Of a DNA stretch of 64,000 nucleotides, positions 9,559 through 18,681 are shown one piece after another. The stretch is from a bacterium (lineage in GTDB: Bacteria > Electryoneota > Electryoneia > Electryoneales > Electryoneaceae): positions 1,760,001 to 1,824,000 of the forward strand of contig CAXXKJ010000002.1 of NCBI GenBank assembly GCA_963675295.2, written 5' to 3'. Positions within the stretch are counted from its first letter, which is position 1. Every line of letters starts with the position of its first letter. The position numbers and the translations under genes are program-made. The notes below the pieces were generated by a model that was not told the origin of the DNA, did no database searches, and worked only from the letters and a program-made list of their open reading frames with translations.

Positions 9559-10770
9559 ATGCCAGATAAATCCACCGACATTCGTCTCGCGTACGTCAGC
9601 CAGATCCGCTGGCCGTCGGAGATTCCGGCGGGACCGTTCAACGCGAATTTCGTCACCGCGATCGCGCGTGCCGGGGCGGAGGTGGATTTCATCGTCCGGT
9701 CATCCAATCACCCCCGCGCGAAGGAGTATACCGACCCGCTGGATGTCCTGCGCCGGGAGTACGGTCATGATGTCCCGCCCGGTCTGCGCATCCACGTCAT
9801 CCCCACACCCGGCTGGCAGCCGGCGTCCGATCCGTGGCTCTATTTCACCCGTTCCGGGTGGCTGTTGAAACGGCTGCAGCGTGAACACGGGGTCAACTGC
9901 GTCATGTCGCGGGACACACGCGCGCTGCCTCACCTCGCTCGCTGGCGGAAACGTGGCCTGGTCGCGGTTCATGACACGCACAACTTTTACATGGAACCGT
10001 CAGCGCGGGATGATGCGGGAAGTGGCCGCAAATGGAAAGAATACCCGCGCTTCGAACGCACCTACCTGCCGCGGCTGGACGGCGTATTGCCGTTGCTCGA
10101 GGTGCAGGCCGAGTGGTACCGCAAGCATCTCGAGGTGCCGGTACGGGCGATCCACCCGGGGCTGAACGAAACCCATCCGCCGGACCCGTCCCGGTTCGAC
10201 CACAAAACCGTCGGCTATGTCGGCACGCTCAGCGGTATCAAGGGTTCGATGGATGTGCTGGAAGCGTTCCAGGCGCTCCAGCGGGACGATGTCAAGCTGG
10301 TCCTGATCGGCGGACGCGGGCAGGCGGAAACCGATTCGATGCGGCAACGCATCGAATCGCTGGGTTTGACCGGTCGGGTAGAGGTGACCGGCTGGTTGCC
10401 AGTACCGGAGATGGCTGCGCGGTTGCAGCAGGTGTCGGTGGCGCTGCTGCCGCTGACCGGCACGTTCTACAACCGCTACCTCACCGCTCCGTCCAAGCTG
10501 TTCGACTACCTCTCGCAGGCGGTGCCGGTGATCGCGTCCGACCTGCCGGCAGTGCGTGAACTGGCGGGCGACGCGGCTTTGTACGTCAAGCCAGGAGATC
10601 GCGCGGAGCTGACCACCGCGATGGCGAAATTGCTCGGTGATCGTGACGACTACAACCGGCTGGCTGAAACCGCGCATGCCCAGGCGCAGACGTTACACTG
10701 GGACCGCCGCGGCGAGGGCACGGTTGAGTTTCTCAGCGACCTGCTGGCACGACGTGCCCGGACCCTGTGA
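9559..10770 (+). CDS. Glycosyltransferase family 4 (GT-B)
   Basis: VGYVGTLSGIKG, PSKLFDYLSQAVPVIASDLPAVRE. Confidence 0.9.
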   Translation: MPDKSTDIRLAYVSQIRWPSEIPAGPFNANFVTAIARAGAEVDFIVRSSNHPRAKEYTDPLDVLRREYGHDVPPGLRIHVIPTPGWQPASDPWLYFTRSGWLLKRLQREHGVNCVMSRDTRALPHLARWRKRGLVAVHDTHNFYMEPSARDDAGSGRKWKEYPRFERTYLPRLDGVLPLLEVQAEWYRKHLEVPVRAIHPGLNETHPPDPSRFDHKTVGYVGTLSGIKGSMDVLEAFQALQRDDVKLVLIGGRGQAETDSMRQRIESLGLTGRVEVTGWLPVPEMAARLQQVSVALLPLTGTFYNRYLTAPSKLFDYLSQAVPVIASDLPAVRELAGDAALYVKPGDRAELTTAMAKLLGDRDDYNRLAETAHAQAQTLHWDRRGEGTVEFLSDLLARRARTL

Positions 10771-11333
10771 GCGAATCGCTTGCGCGGCGCTCGTTCGAGG
10801 CGCTAGAATGGCAGAACCCAGTCCCATCAACGAGTTGGCGGGTGATGAACGATCCATCCACGCAGGACGGCGATTTTCTCGATACCGTGTTGACCGCGTT
10901 GGCGAACCCGTTGCGGCGGTCGCTGGTGGAACGGCTGACCGAACGTGACATTACCGTCGGCGAGCTGGCGGAGGGTGCCGGTGTCAGCATGCCGTCGATC
11001 TCGCGTCACCTGCGTGTGCTGGAAAAAGCGGAGCTGATCGTACGGATCAAGCGAGGCCGCAACCACCTCATCTCGTTGCAGCAGGAACCCCTCGAACAAG
11101 TCGTGCAGTGGTTGTCGAAGCTCGGCAAACGGGTGCCGTTGCCGGATGATTCCCGGACTGTCTTCCTGTTCGGCTCGGAAGCGGAACCTGAGACTGAGCT
11201 GGCGCACACAACCCCGCAACTCCAGCCTGAACCGGAAAAAGCGGTAGCCGATGAACCAGTATCCGAACCCGATCCCCTTGACCTCAGCCCGGACAGTCTC
11301 TCCGATCTCGTAAAGCGGTTGAAACGCGGTTGA
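10767..11333 (+). CDS. ArsR/SmtB family transcriptional regulator
   Basis: ALANPLRRSLVERL...TVGELA...SISRHLRVLEKAELI; GTG overlaps upstream stop, alternative start ATG 10845. Confidence 0.85.
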   Translation: MSESLARRSFEALEWQNPVPSTSWRVMNDPSTQDGDFLDTVLTALANPLRRSLVERLTERDITVGELAEGAGVSMPSISRHLRVLEKAELIVRIKRGRNHLISLQQEPLEQVVQWLSKLGKRVPLPDDSRTVFLFGSEAEPETELAHTTPQLQPEPEKAVADEPVSEPDPLDLSPDSLSDLVKRLKRG

Positions 11334-11466
11334 CGAATCTCCGCAACTTTTGCCCCGTCCCTGCATCCTACCAGAGTCGTTACGGCATTAAACCGGGCCG
11401 TTCTCGCGAGTCTTGCGGTCGCCCGGAGGTCGGCAATGCTGAGCCGTGTTTCCTATCTTCCAAGCC

Positions 11467-12141
11467 ATGAACAACGAACAGGAAGACAGGGCGTCGGCGG
11501 CAGCCACGGTGGACGATCCGGTTGCGGCGGAACGAGCGGCGGAGCGTGCGGCGGAGGCGGCGCTGATCGAAAAGGCGTTGGCCGGGGATGTGACCGCACG
11601 GACGCAGATCGTGCTCGATCATCGTGACAACGTGTACAACCTCGGGCTGAAGTTGACGGGGAACGCGGACGAAGCGGAGAGCATCCTGCAGGAAACGTTC
11701 CTCACGGTGTTTGAGAAGCTTGATCGGTTCCGTGGTGACAGCAAGCTGGGCACGTGGATTCACCGGATCGCGACCAATGCGGCGCTGATGCGGATGCGGT
11801 CCCGAAAAGGCAAGTATTTCGTGCAGATCGCGGATGACGCGAACGATGACAGCGAGAGCGTGGAAAATTTCCATGTGCTGCCGTCGCTGGACATGAATCC
11901 GCTCGAGATGACGCTGAACGATGAACTGGCGGTGAAGTTGAACGAGGCGATTACCTCGTTGCCACCGCACTTGCGAACGGCGTTCGTGCTGAAAGATCTG
12001 GAAGGACTGTCGATGGCGGAAATTGCCGAGCAGGTGGACAAAACCGTGTCGGCGGTCAAAGCTGACCTGCACCGTGCCCGGGTGAAGTTGCGGGAGAAGT
12101 TGGCGGAGTTTGTGGAAGGGTATCAACGTGGATCCGAGTGA
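11467..12141 (+). CDS. ECF sigma-70 family RNA polymerase sigma factor
   Basis: EAESILQETFL..FRGDSKLGTWIHRIATN (region 2); LPPHLRTAFVLKDLEGLSMAEIA...VKADLHRARVKLR (region 4). Confidence 0.93.
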   Translation: MNNEQEDRASAAATVDDPVAAERAAERAAEAALIEKALAGDVTARTQIVLDHRDNVYNLGLKLTGNADEAESILQETFLTVFEKLDRFRGDSKLGTWIHRIATNAALMRMRSRKGKYFVQIADDANDDSESVENFHVLPSLDMNPLEMTLNDELAVKLNEAITSLPPHLRTAFVLKDLEGLSMAEIAEQVDKTVSAVKADLHRARVKLREKLAEFVEGYQRGSE

Positions 12142-12436
12142 TAAAAAACTGCTGACCGCGGAACAGCTGTGCGACATCCTTGAGGTGTATCTCGGCCGTG
12201 AACGCGGACGTGCGGAGTGCCACCGTCTGATTGACAAGATGAAAGACGACCCGATGTGGCGGGCGGAGATGGATACGCTTGGCACGACGGTGCGTGTGTT
12301 CCAGAAGGTGCCGTGCGAGAAGACACCGGATGATGTCTGCTTCCGTCTGATGCAGGCGTTGAACCTGGCGGGTCAGGCCGGCGACGTGGAAGAATTCAAA
12401 GACAAATCAACTCCCGACGAGGACCTGCCGGCGTGA
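12128..12436 (+). CDS. Putative anti-sigma factor (degenerate zf-HC2/ZAS-like)
   Basis: Overlaps the ECF stop; pattern C..L..YL...EC...DTL..TV..F...PDDV..RL resembles small soluble ZAS proteins. Confidence 0.55.
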   Translation: MDPSDKKLLTAEQLCDILEVYLGRERGRAECHRLIDKMKDDPMWRAEMDTLGTTVRVFQKVPCEKTPDDVCFRLMQALNLAGQAGDVEEFKDKSTPDEDLPA

Positions 12437-12651
12437 AAAATCGAGTTTCCATGCTGATTCATGCCGCGGGAGTGCTTCTCGGTGGTTTTCTTGGCTGGTT
12501 GTATTGGTACAAGGTGGGCTGTGTCAACGGGACGTGCATGATCTGGGCGAATCCGTGGATTGCCACTAGCTACGGCGCGTTGCTCGGCTTCTTCGTCTCT
12601 GGTTTGATCCCGGTGAAGAAGAAGGAACAGGCCGCCGTGTCCGAAGAATAG
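12433..12651 (+). CDS. DUF6132-like small membrane protein
   Basis: GWLYWYKVGCVNGTCMIWANPWIATSYGALLG. Confidence 0.75.
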   Translation: MKNRVSMLIHAAGVLLGGFLGWLYWYKVGCVNGTCMIWANPWIATSYGALLGFFVSGLIPVKKKEQAAVSEE

Positions 12652-12825
12652 CAGCGTTTTGCAACGACCTGTTCCAGCCGTTCTCCCAATTCGGGCAGTG
12701 CGGCTGTTCTTGTTTCAACGAGTCGCGTCGGGTCTCGCGGAACCCACACACAACACATCCCAACCCCCGCGTGAATCCTGAATCCGTACATTCCCCGGCA
12801 CCCGAACACAAACGGTTACACGACC

Positions 12826-14298
12826 ATGATTGAATCCCTGCTCGACACGTTGGCCACCCCTGGCCGCGAACGAGAAATTTTCTGCAACCGCACGTTGAAC
12901 CTGCGGTCTATCCGTGCCATCGGCTACGACATGGATTACACGTTGATCCATTACAACACGGACGCGTGGGAACGGCGGGCGTATGAGTTCGTCAAGGCGA
13001 AGCTGGCCGACCGTGGCTGGCCGGTGAAAGGGTTGGAATACCAGCCGGATTCGGTGATCCGTGGCCTGATGATCGACAAGGAATGCGGCAACATTATCAT
13101 GGTCAACCGCTTCGGGTACGTCAAGCAGGCGAGCCACGGTTCGCGCATGCTGCCGTACGACGAGCAACGACGGATCTATTCTCGCACCGTGGTCGATTTC
13201 AAATCCGGTCGCTACGTTTTCCTCAACACGCTGTTCTCGATGTCGGAAGCGTGCATGTTCGCGCAGATGGTGGACAAGCTGGACGCCGGCGAGATCAAGG
13301 AAGTAATGGGGTACGAGGACTTGCACCGCACGGTCCATCGGGCGCTGGACGAAAGCCACGCCGAGGGCATGCTCAAGGAAGCGATCCTCGCCGAACCGGA
13401 AGCGTACATCGATCACGACCCGGACACGGTACGCGCCCTGCGCGACCAGCGGCTGGCGGGCAAGAAGCTGGTGCTGATCACCAATTCCGACTGGAGCTAC
13501 ACCCGCCGTGTGATGGAGGCGGCGTTCGACAAGCAGATGCCGCAGGGTCAAACCTGGCGCGACCTGTTCGACCTGGTGATTGTCTCGTCACGGAAGCCAT
13601 CATTCTTCGACAGCTCGAATCCGGCGTTTGAGGTGGTGCAGGACGAGGAAGGCCTGCTTAGCCCGGTGGGGATCAAGGGGCTGGAAGAAGGCAAGGTGTA
13701 TGTTGGCGGGAACGCGCGTCTGGTCGAGAACCTGTATGGGATCGCGGGCGAGCAGATTCTCTACGTTGGCGACCACATGTACGCGGACGTGCAGGTGTCG
13801 AAGAACCTGCTGCGTTGGCGGACAGCATTGATTCTCCGTGAGCTGGAACCGGAGATCCGCGCCCTCGCCGAGTTCAAGGAGGATCAATCTGAATTGACCC
13901 AGTTGATGCTGGAGAAGGAAGAGGTAGAAACGCGGTTCAACCGGCTGCGTCTCATCTACCAGCGGATGCAGGATGAGGGCACGCCGGACAAGGATCTCAA
14001 CACGCTCGCCGATGAACTGGACAAGCTGCGCCGCGCGTTGACCCGGCAGGACAAGCAGATCGGACCGATGGCACAGGCATACGGCACGTTGAGCAATCCC
14101 AACTGGGGGCTGGTGATGCGTGCCGGCAACGACAAGAGCCTGCTCGCGCGACAGGTGGAGGGCTACGCCGATATCTACATGTCCCGCGTCAGCAATTTCC
14201 TCTACGCGACGCCGTATGCGTACCTGCGGTCGAAGCGCAGCACGTTGCCGCATGACCGTGAGGACGCGTCCCTGAGCGAGATGGGCGAATCGAACTGA
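12826..14298 (+). CDS. HAD-IG family 5'-nucleotidase (cN-II-like)
   Basis: IFCNRTLNLRSIRAIGYDMDYTL, LITNSDW, RKPSFF, LYVGDHMYADV, YADIYMSRVSNF. Confidence 0.95.
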   Translation: MIESLLDTLATPGREREIFCNRTLNLRSIRAIGYDMDYTLIHYNTDAWERRAYEFVKAKLADRGWPVKGLEYQPDSVIRGLMIDKECGNIIMVNRFGYVKQASHGSRMLPYDEQRRIYSRTVVDFKSGRYVFLNTLFSMSEACMFAQMVDKLDAGEIKEVMGYEDLHRTVHRALDESHAEGMLKEAILAEPEAYIDHDPDTVRALRDQRLAGKKLVLITNSDWSYTRRVMEAAFDKQMPQGQTWRDLFDLVIVSSRKPSFFDSSNPAFEVVQDEEGLLSPVGIKGLEEGKVYVGGNARLVENLYGIAGEQILYVGDHMYADVQVSKNLLRWRTALILRELEPEIRALAEFKEDQSELTQLMLEKEEVETRFNRLRLIYQRMQDEGTPDKDLNTLADELDKLRRALTRQDKQIGPMAQAYGTLSNPNWGLVMRAGNDKSLLARQVEGYADIYMSRVSNFLYATPYAYLRSKRSTLPHDREDASLSEMGESN

Positions 14299-14467
14299 TC
14301 CGTGGACAGGCGGAGCGTCCGCGTTTGCAAGCAAACACGGGCACGTTTAGTTTCAAACCCTTGGCCAGTAACACGGGTACGATTCGTTTCGAAGTCCATA
14401 GCCAGGGCCACAGACATATCCATAGCCATAACCGTAGCATACATAGCCCATAGCCTGATAGACGACG

Positions 14468-15490
14468 ATGAACTTTTTCAAGAAGATCAAGGAAGGCCTT
14501 TCCAAGACCCGTCAATCGCTGGTCGGTTCGATCCGCGAGGTGGTCGGTGAGGCGAAGCTGGACGAAGAGGCGCTCGAGGATCTCGAGGAAGTGCTGATTT
14601 CGGCCGATCTCGGTGTGGAAACATCCGGCCAGCTGGCCGATCGCATGCGCAAGCGCGCGTTGCGGGAGGCGATGACCGGCGACGACGTGCTCAAGGCGTT
14701 GCGTGAAGAGCTGGCGGAGTTGATCGACGAGACCAAGCTCGGCGGGGATGCCTACAAACCTCGCGACGCGTCGGAGGTGGACGGACCGTATGTCACCTTC
14801 GTGGTCGGTGTTAACGGCACCGGCAAGACGACCAGTATCGGCAAACTGGCCGCACGGTATGCGGAAGCGGGCCGCAAGACTCTGATCATTGCGGCAGACA
14901 CCTTCCGTAGCGCGGCAGTGGAACAGGTTGCGATCTGGGCGGAACGGGCGAACGTTGAGTTGGTACGTGGCGCTACCGGCGCTGACCCGGCCAGCGTGGT
15001 TTATGACGGTCTGGAAGCCGCCAAGGCGCGTGGGATTGAACGGGTGCTGGTCGACACGGCGGGACGTCTGCACACCAAGACCAACCTGATGGCGGAGCTC
15101 GAGAAGATCGACCGTGTCGCGAAGAAGGTGATCCCGGACGCGCCGCATGATGTGTTGCTCGTGCTCGATGGTACCACCGGCCAGAACGGGTTGGCGCAGG
15201 CGAAGAAATTCCGCGAGAGTATCGGTGTCAGCGCGTTGATCGTGACCAAGCTCGACGGCACGGCGAAGGGCGGCATGCTGGTACCGATCGTGCGCGAGTT
15301 GAACATTCCGGTACGTTGGATCGGTGTCGGGGAGCAGATTGACGACCTCGTGCCGTTCAAGGCGGAGTTGATTGTGGACGCTGTCTTCGGCGAGGAAGAA
15401 ACCGGCTTCCTGCAGGGATCACTCGAAGAAGCGGCCAAGCGTGCGGAAGAGGCGAAGACTGACTGGTCCGATTTCGATGCGATCCCGTGA
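14468..15490 (+). CDS. ftsY: Signal recognition particle receptor FtsY
   Basis: GVNGTGKTTSIGKLA, DTFRSAA, DTAGRLH, TKLDGTAKGG, GVGEQIDDL. Confidence 0.97.
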   Translation: MNFFKKIKEGLSKTRQSLVGSIREVVGEAKLDEEALEDLEEVLISADLGVETSGQLADRMRKRALREAMTGDDVLKALREELAELIDETKLGGDAYKPRDASEVDGPYVTFVVGVNGTGKTTSIGKLAARYAEAGRKTLIIAADTFRSAAVEQVAIWAERANVELVRGATGADPASVVYDGLEAAKARGIERVLVDTAGRLHTKTNLMAELEKIDRVAKKVIPDAPHDVLLVLDGTTGQNGLAQAKKFRESIGVSALIVTKLDGTAKGGMLVPIVRELNIPVRWIGVGEQIDDLVPFKAELIVDAVFGEEETGFLQGSLEEAAKRAEEAKTDWSDFDAIP

Positions 15491-15588
15491 GTTGGCAACA
15501 TTTTCATCAACGGGCGAGTATGCTAACCGTACGGGTGATACATTACCCGGTTGAACGTGTACCTGCACACCTCCCCGGGAGTTCGGCA

Positions 15589-16857
15589 ATGCGCAGAAGT
15601 GTGATTTTGAGCACGGTGATCCTGTTTGTCCTGCTGGCGAACCTGGCGTTCGCGCAGCCGGCAATGATGCGCCAGTATCGTGAGATCGGCCTGCCACGAT
15701 TTGATGTCAACGCGATTTCCTTGTTGTCCGACCAACCGGAACGCACCCGTGTCATCGCGTACATCGAGCTGCCCTACGAAAACCTGCAGTTTGTCCGTTC
15801 TTCCCGCGGCTATGAGGCGAATTACGAAGTCGACATGTCGATTCTCGCCGGACCGACCGACAGCAGCCCGCGTGTCGAGAACAAAATCTGGCGATCAACA
15901 GTGATCGTGCCGACCTTCGAGCAAACCAACAGCCGCGAACTGTTCGACATCAGCGAGACCACGATCATCCTCGATCCGGCAAATTATACGATGATCGCCA
16001 CGGTCACCGACCTCGAAACCCGCAAACAGTTCCAGGTTTCCCGAACGTTGATGGTGCCGAGCTACGATCTTGGTGGGCTGTCGATGGGGGACTTGCTGCT
16101 CGCGCGTGAAGTGGTCAAGACGCCCAGTGGAGCGTACGAGATCGTACCGAATGTCGACCGTGTGATTGCCGGTGAAGATGAGAAGCTGTTTGTCTACTAC
16201 GAAGTCTACCCGACAGTTTCCGACACGATGCACGTGCATTCCCGCGTGCTCGACCGCAACGGTGATCTGGTTTTTGAGCAACGGCGCACGGTGGACGTGG
16301 AAAAGCCGGTGACTCGAGATTTCTTCGAGATTCCGACGGCCAAGCTTGGAGTCGGTAGTCACGTGGTGGAAATGCAGGTCCGCACGGAAGACTATTCCAC
16401 GCTCAAGGCCGCTGAATTCCAGGTGCGGTTGACGGGATTGCCGTCCACAGTGCAGAACATGGAAACAGCGATTCGGCAGATGCGGTATGTCGCCCGTAAC
16501 CGTGAGGTGGAGCGGATGCTGAACGCGTCTTCGCACGAGCGCCAGATCCTGTTCCACGATTTCTGGAAAAAGATGGACCCGTCTCCAGACACTCCGCAGA
16601 ACGAGTTGATGGAGGAATACTACGCGCGGATCCATGAAGCCAGTGCTGCGTTTGGCGGCATGCGTGACGGCTGGGAAACCGATCGCGGCGAGGTGTATGT
16701 GCGTTATGGTCCGCCGGACGAGGTGGAACGTCATCCTTTCGAGGTGGATTCCCGTCCCTACGAAATCTGGTACTACTACGACGGCCAGAAACGGTTCGTT
16801 TTTGTGGACGAACTCGGCTACGGCGAATACCGGCTGGTGAGCAACCTGTGGCAGTAA
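15589..16857 (+). CDS. GWxTD domain-containing exported protein
   Basis: Signal peptide (AFA-Q); FWKKMDPSPDTPQNE, DGWETDRGEVYVRYGPPD, YEIWYY. Confidence 0.92.
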   Translation: MRRSVILSTVILFVLLANLAFAQPAMMRQYREIGLPRFDVNAISLLSDQPERTRVIAYIELPYENLQFVRSSRGYEANYEVDMSILAGPTDSSPRVENKIWRSTVIVPTFEQTNSRELFDISETTIILDPANYTMIATVTDLETRKQFQVSRTLMVPSYDLGGLSMGDLLLAREVVKTPSGAYEIVPNVDRVIAGEDEKLFVYYEVYPTVSDTMHVHSRVLDRNGDLVFEQRRTVDVEKPVTRDFFEIPTAKLGVGSHVVEMQVRTEDYSTLKAAEFQVRLTGLPSTVQNMETAIRQMRYVARNREVERMLNASSHERQILFHDFWKKMDPSPDTPQNELMEEYYARIHEASAAFGGMRDGWETDRGEVYVRYGPPDEVERHPFEVDSRPYEIWYYYDGQKRFVFVDELGYGEYRLVSNLWQ

Positions 16858-17807
16858 CTCCCTTACCGCTGAAAGCTCGCGGACGCATCGCGGTCGTTTC
16901 GCCTGCTGGACCGGTGGGTGAAGATGAAACCCGGCGTGGGGTAGAGTATTTCGAGGGATTGGGCTACAACGTTGACCTGTTGCCGCATGCGCTGACCACC
17001 GGCGACCGTCCCTACCTCGCGGCGTCGGACGCCGATCGTGCCGAAGACATCGAACTGGCCCTCACCGAGAACAAGTACGACGCCGTGATCTGCACCCGCG
17101 GTGGGTATGGATCCATGCGTTTGCTGCCGTACCTCAACCTGCACAAGATCCGCAAACAGGTGAAAAGGAAACCATTTGTTGGGTTTTCCGACATCAGCGT
17201 GCTGCAGAGTGTGCTCTGGGAACGTTGCGAGCTGATCACCTTTTCCGGCCCGCAATTGACGCGCGGGTTCGGTGGCGAGGATCGCGGCGACGGATTCGGC
17301 GGAGTGGACACATTCAGCGGCCAATTCTTCTTCGACATGCTCAATGGCAATCTGTGGGGCAAGGTGTTGCCGTTGCCGGATGGCGCAGAATTACGTGTCC
17401 TCCGCGACGGGATGAATCCGCTCGGACGACTGCTTGGCGGCAACCTGGCGGTTCTGGCGGCACTCTGCGGCACCGGCTGGCAGCCCAGCTTCGCGGGCGG
17501 GATTGCGGTAGTGGAAGAGATCGACGAGCCGCTCTATCGCATCGACCGCATGATCACCCAGCTCGCGCAGGCCGGAGTGTTCAAGGGTGCACGCGGGATT
17601 CTGCTCGGACGGTTCACACAGCATGTCAACGGCGAACGGGTCGAGCATGACGAACAGGTGGCGGAGATCGTGCTGGACGCCGTGCCCGACATTCCAGTGG
17701 TGCTCGGTGCGCCGTACGGGCATGTCGGGCCAACGTGGACCCTGCCCATCGGTGCGGACGCGACCCTCGACCTGAAGCAACGAACCCTGACGGTGGAAAA
17801 GGAATAA
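16848..17807 (+). CDS. LD-carboxypeptidase, peptidase S66
   Basis: IAVVSPAG, RGGYGS, FVGFSDIS (catalytic Ser), GGNL, EEIDE..YRIDRM, YGH. Confidence 0.93.
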   Translation: MAVTPLPLKARGRIAVVSPAGPVGEDETRRGVEYFEGLGYNVDLLPHALTTGDRPYLAASDADRAEDIELALTENKYDAVICTRGGYGSMRLLPYLNLHKIRKQVKRKPFVGFSDISVLQSVLWERCELITFSGPQLTRGFGGEDRGDGFGGVDTFSGQFFFDMLNGNLWGKVLPLPDGAELRVLRDGMNPLGRLLGGNLAVLAALCGTGWQPSFAGGIAVVEEIDEPLYRIDRMITQLAQAGVFKGARGILLGRFTQHVNGERVEHDEQVAEIVLDAVPDIPVVLGAPYGHVGPTWTLPIGADATLDLKQRTLTVEKE

Positions 17808-17868
17808 TGAACCGCCGTCTTGCCCGCGTTGGCTCTGCCAACGCAGTTACTCAAGCTGAGGTTAATCA

Positions 17869-18486
17869 ATGAGCCGGACTGTCGGCATCGCGATCTTTGC
17901 CTCGGGACGGGGCAGCAACGCGCGCTCCCTGCTGCAAGCGTGCTCGGACGGCTACCTCAACGCGCGCGGTGTGTTGATCATCTCGAACCATGCGGATGCC
18001 GGTGTGCACGAAATCGCGAAGGAGTTCGGTGTCCCGAGTCAGACCATCAGCCGTGACCAGTTCGAGGATGGGAAAGCGTTCGCGGACGCGTTGCTTACCA
18101 CGTTGAAGGACGCGAAAGCCGAGCTGATCTGCCTGGCGGGGTACATGCGTAAAATGCCGCCGGCGTTGATCCGGGCGTACGAGGGCGCGATGCTCAACAT
18201 TCACCCGGCGTTGTTGCCGAAGTTCGGCGGCAAGGGGATGTACGGGTTGAATGTGCACCAGGCCGTGATCGAGGCGGGAGAGCAGCAGACCGGCGTGACG
18301 GTGCATTACGTCAACGAGAAGTACGACGAAGGCGCGATCCTGCTGCAGCGGGGCGGTGTGCTGGTTAAAAAGGACGATACGCCGGAATCGCTCGCCGCTC
18401 GTGTGCTCGACCTCGAGCACCGGCTGTACCCGGAAGCGGTGCACAAGTGGCTTGACCTGTTCGCCGGTGCGCGGCAGGTGTGTTGA
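17869..18486 (+). CDS. purN: Phosphoribosylglycinamide formyltransferase
   Basis: FASGRGSN, LAGYMRK, LNIHPALLPKFGGKGMYG, TGVTVHYVNEKYDEG. Confidence 0.96.
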   Translation: MSRTVGIAIFASGRGSNARSLLQACSDGYLNARGVLIISNHADAGVHEIAKEFGVPSQTISRDQFEDGKAFADALLTTLKDAKAELICLAGYMRKMPPALIRAYEGAMLNIHPALLPKFGGKGMYGLNVHQAVIEAGEQQTGVTVHYVNEKYDEGAILLQRGGVLVKKDDTPESLAARVLDLEHRLYPEAVHKWLDLFAGARQVC

Positions 18487-18502
18487 AGCCGTCACGAATT
18501 CA

Positions 18503-18539
18503 ACTGAGGGGACACTTACGGAGTAAGGGTCCCCTCAGT
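18503..18539. repeat. REP-like hairpin, family B (GGGGACAC...GTCCCC)
   Basis: actgaggggacacttac-gga-gtaagggtcccctcagt; a degenerate second copy lies at about 18572-18599. Confidence 0.75.
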
Positions 18540-18645
18540 CGCTTAACGTCACATCGGATAGATACGACAATCCAGGACACTTTCAGAAAAGCGTCCCGGC
18601 TGAGTCTTGCTCTTCAGCTTTGTCTTTGTCGTCTGATATTGAAAC

Positions 18646-18681
18646 AGCCCTTACCACGGACTTAAGTCCGTGGTAAGGGCG
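18646..18681. repeat. Left 36-bp direct repeat of the IS (family A palindrome)
   Basis: AGCCCTTACCACGGACTTAAGTCCGTGGTAAGGGCG, identical to 20296-20331. Confidence 0.95.
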
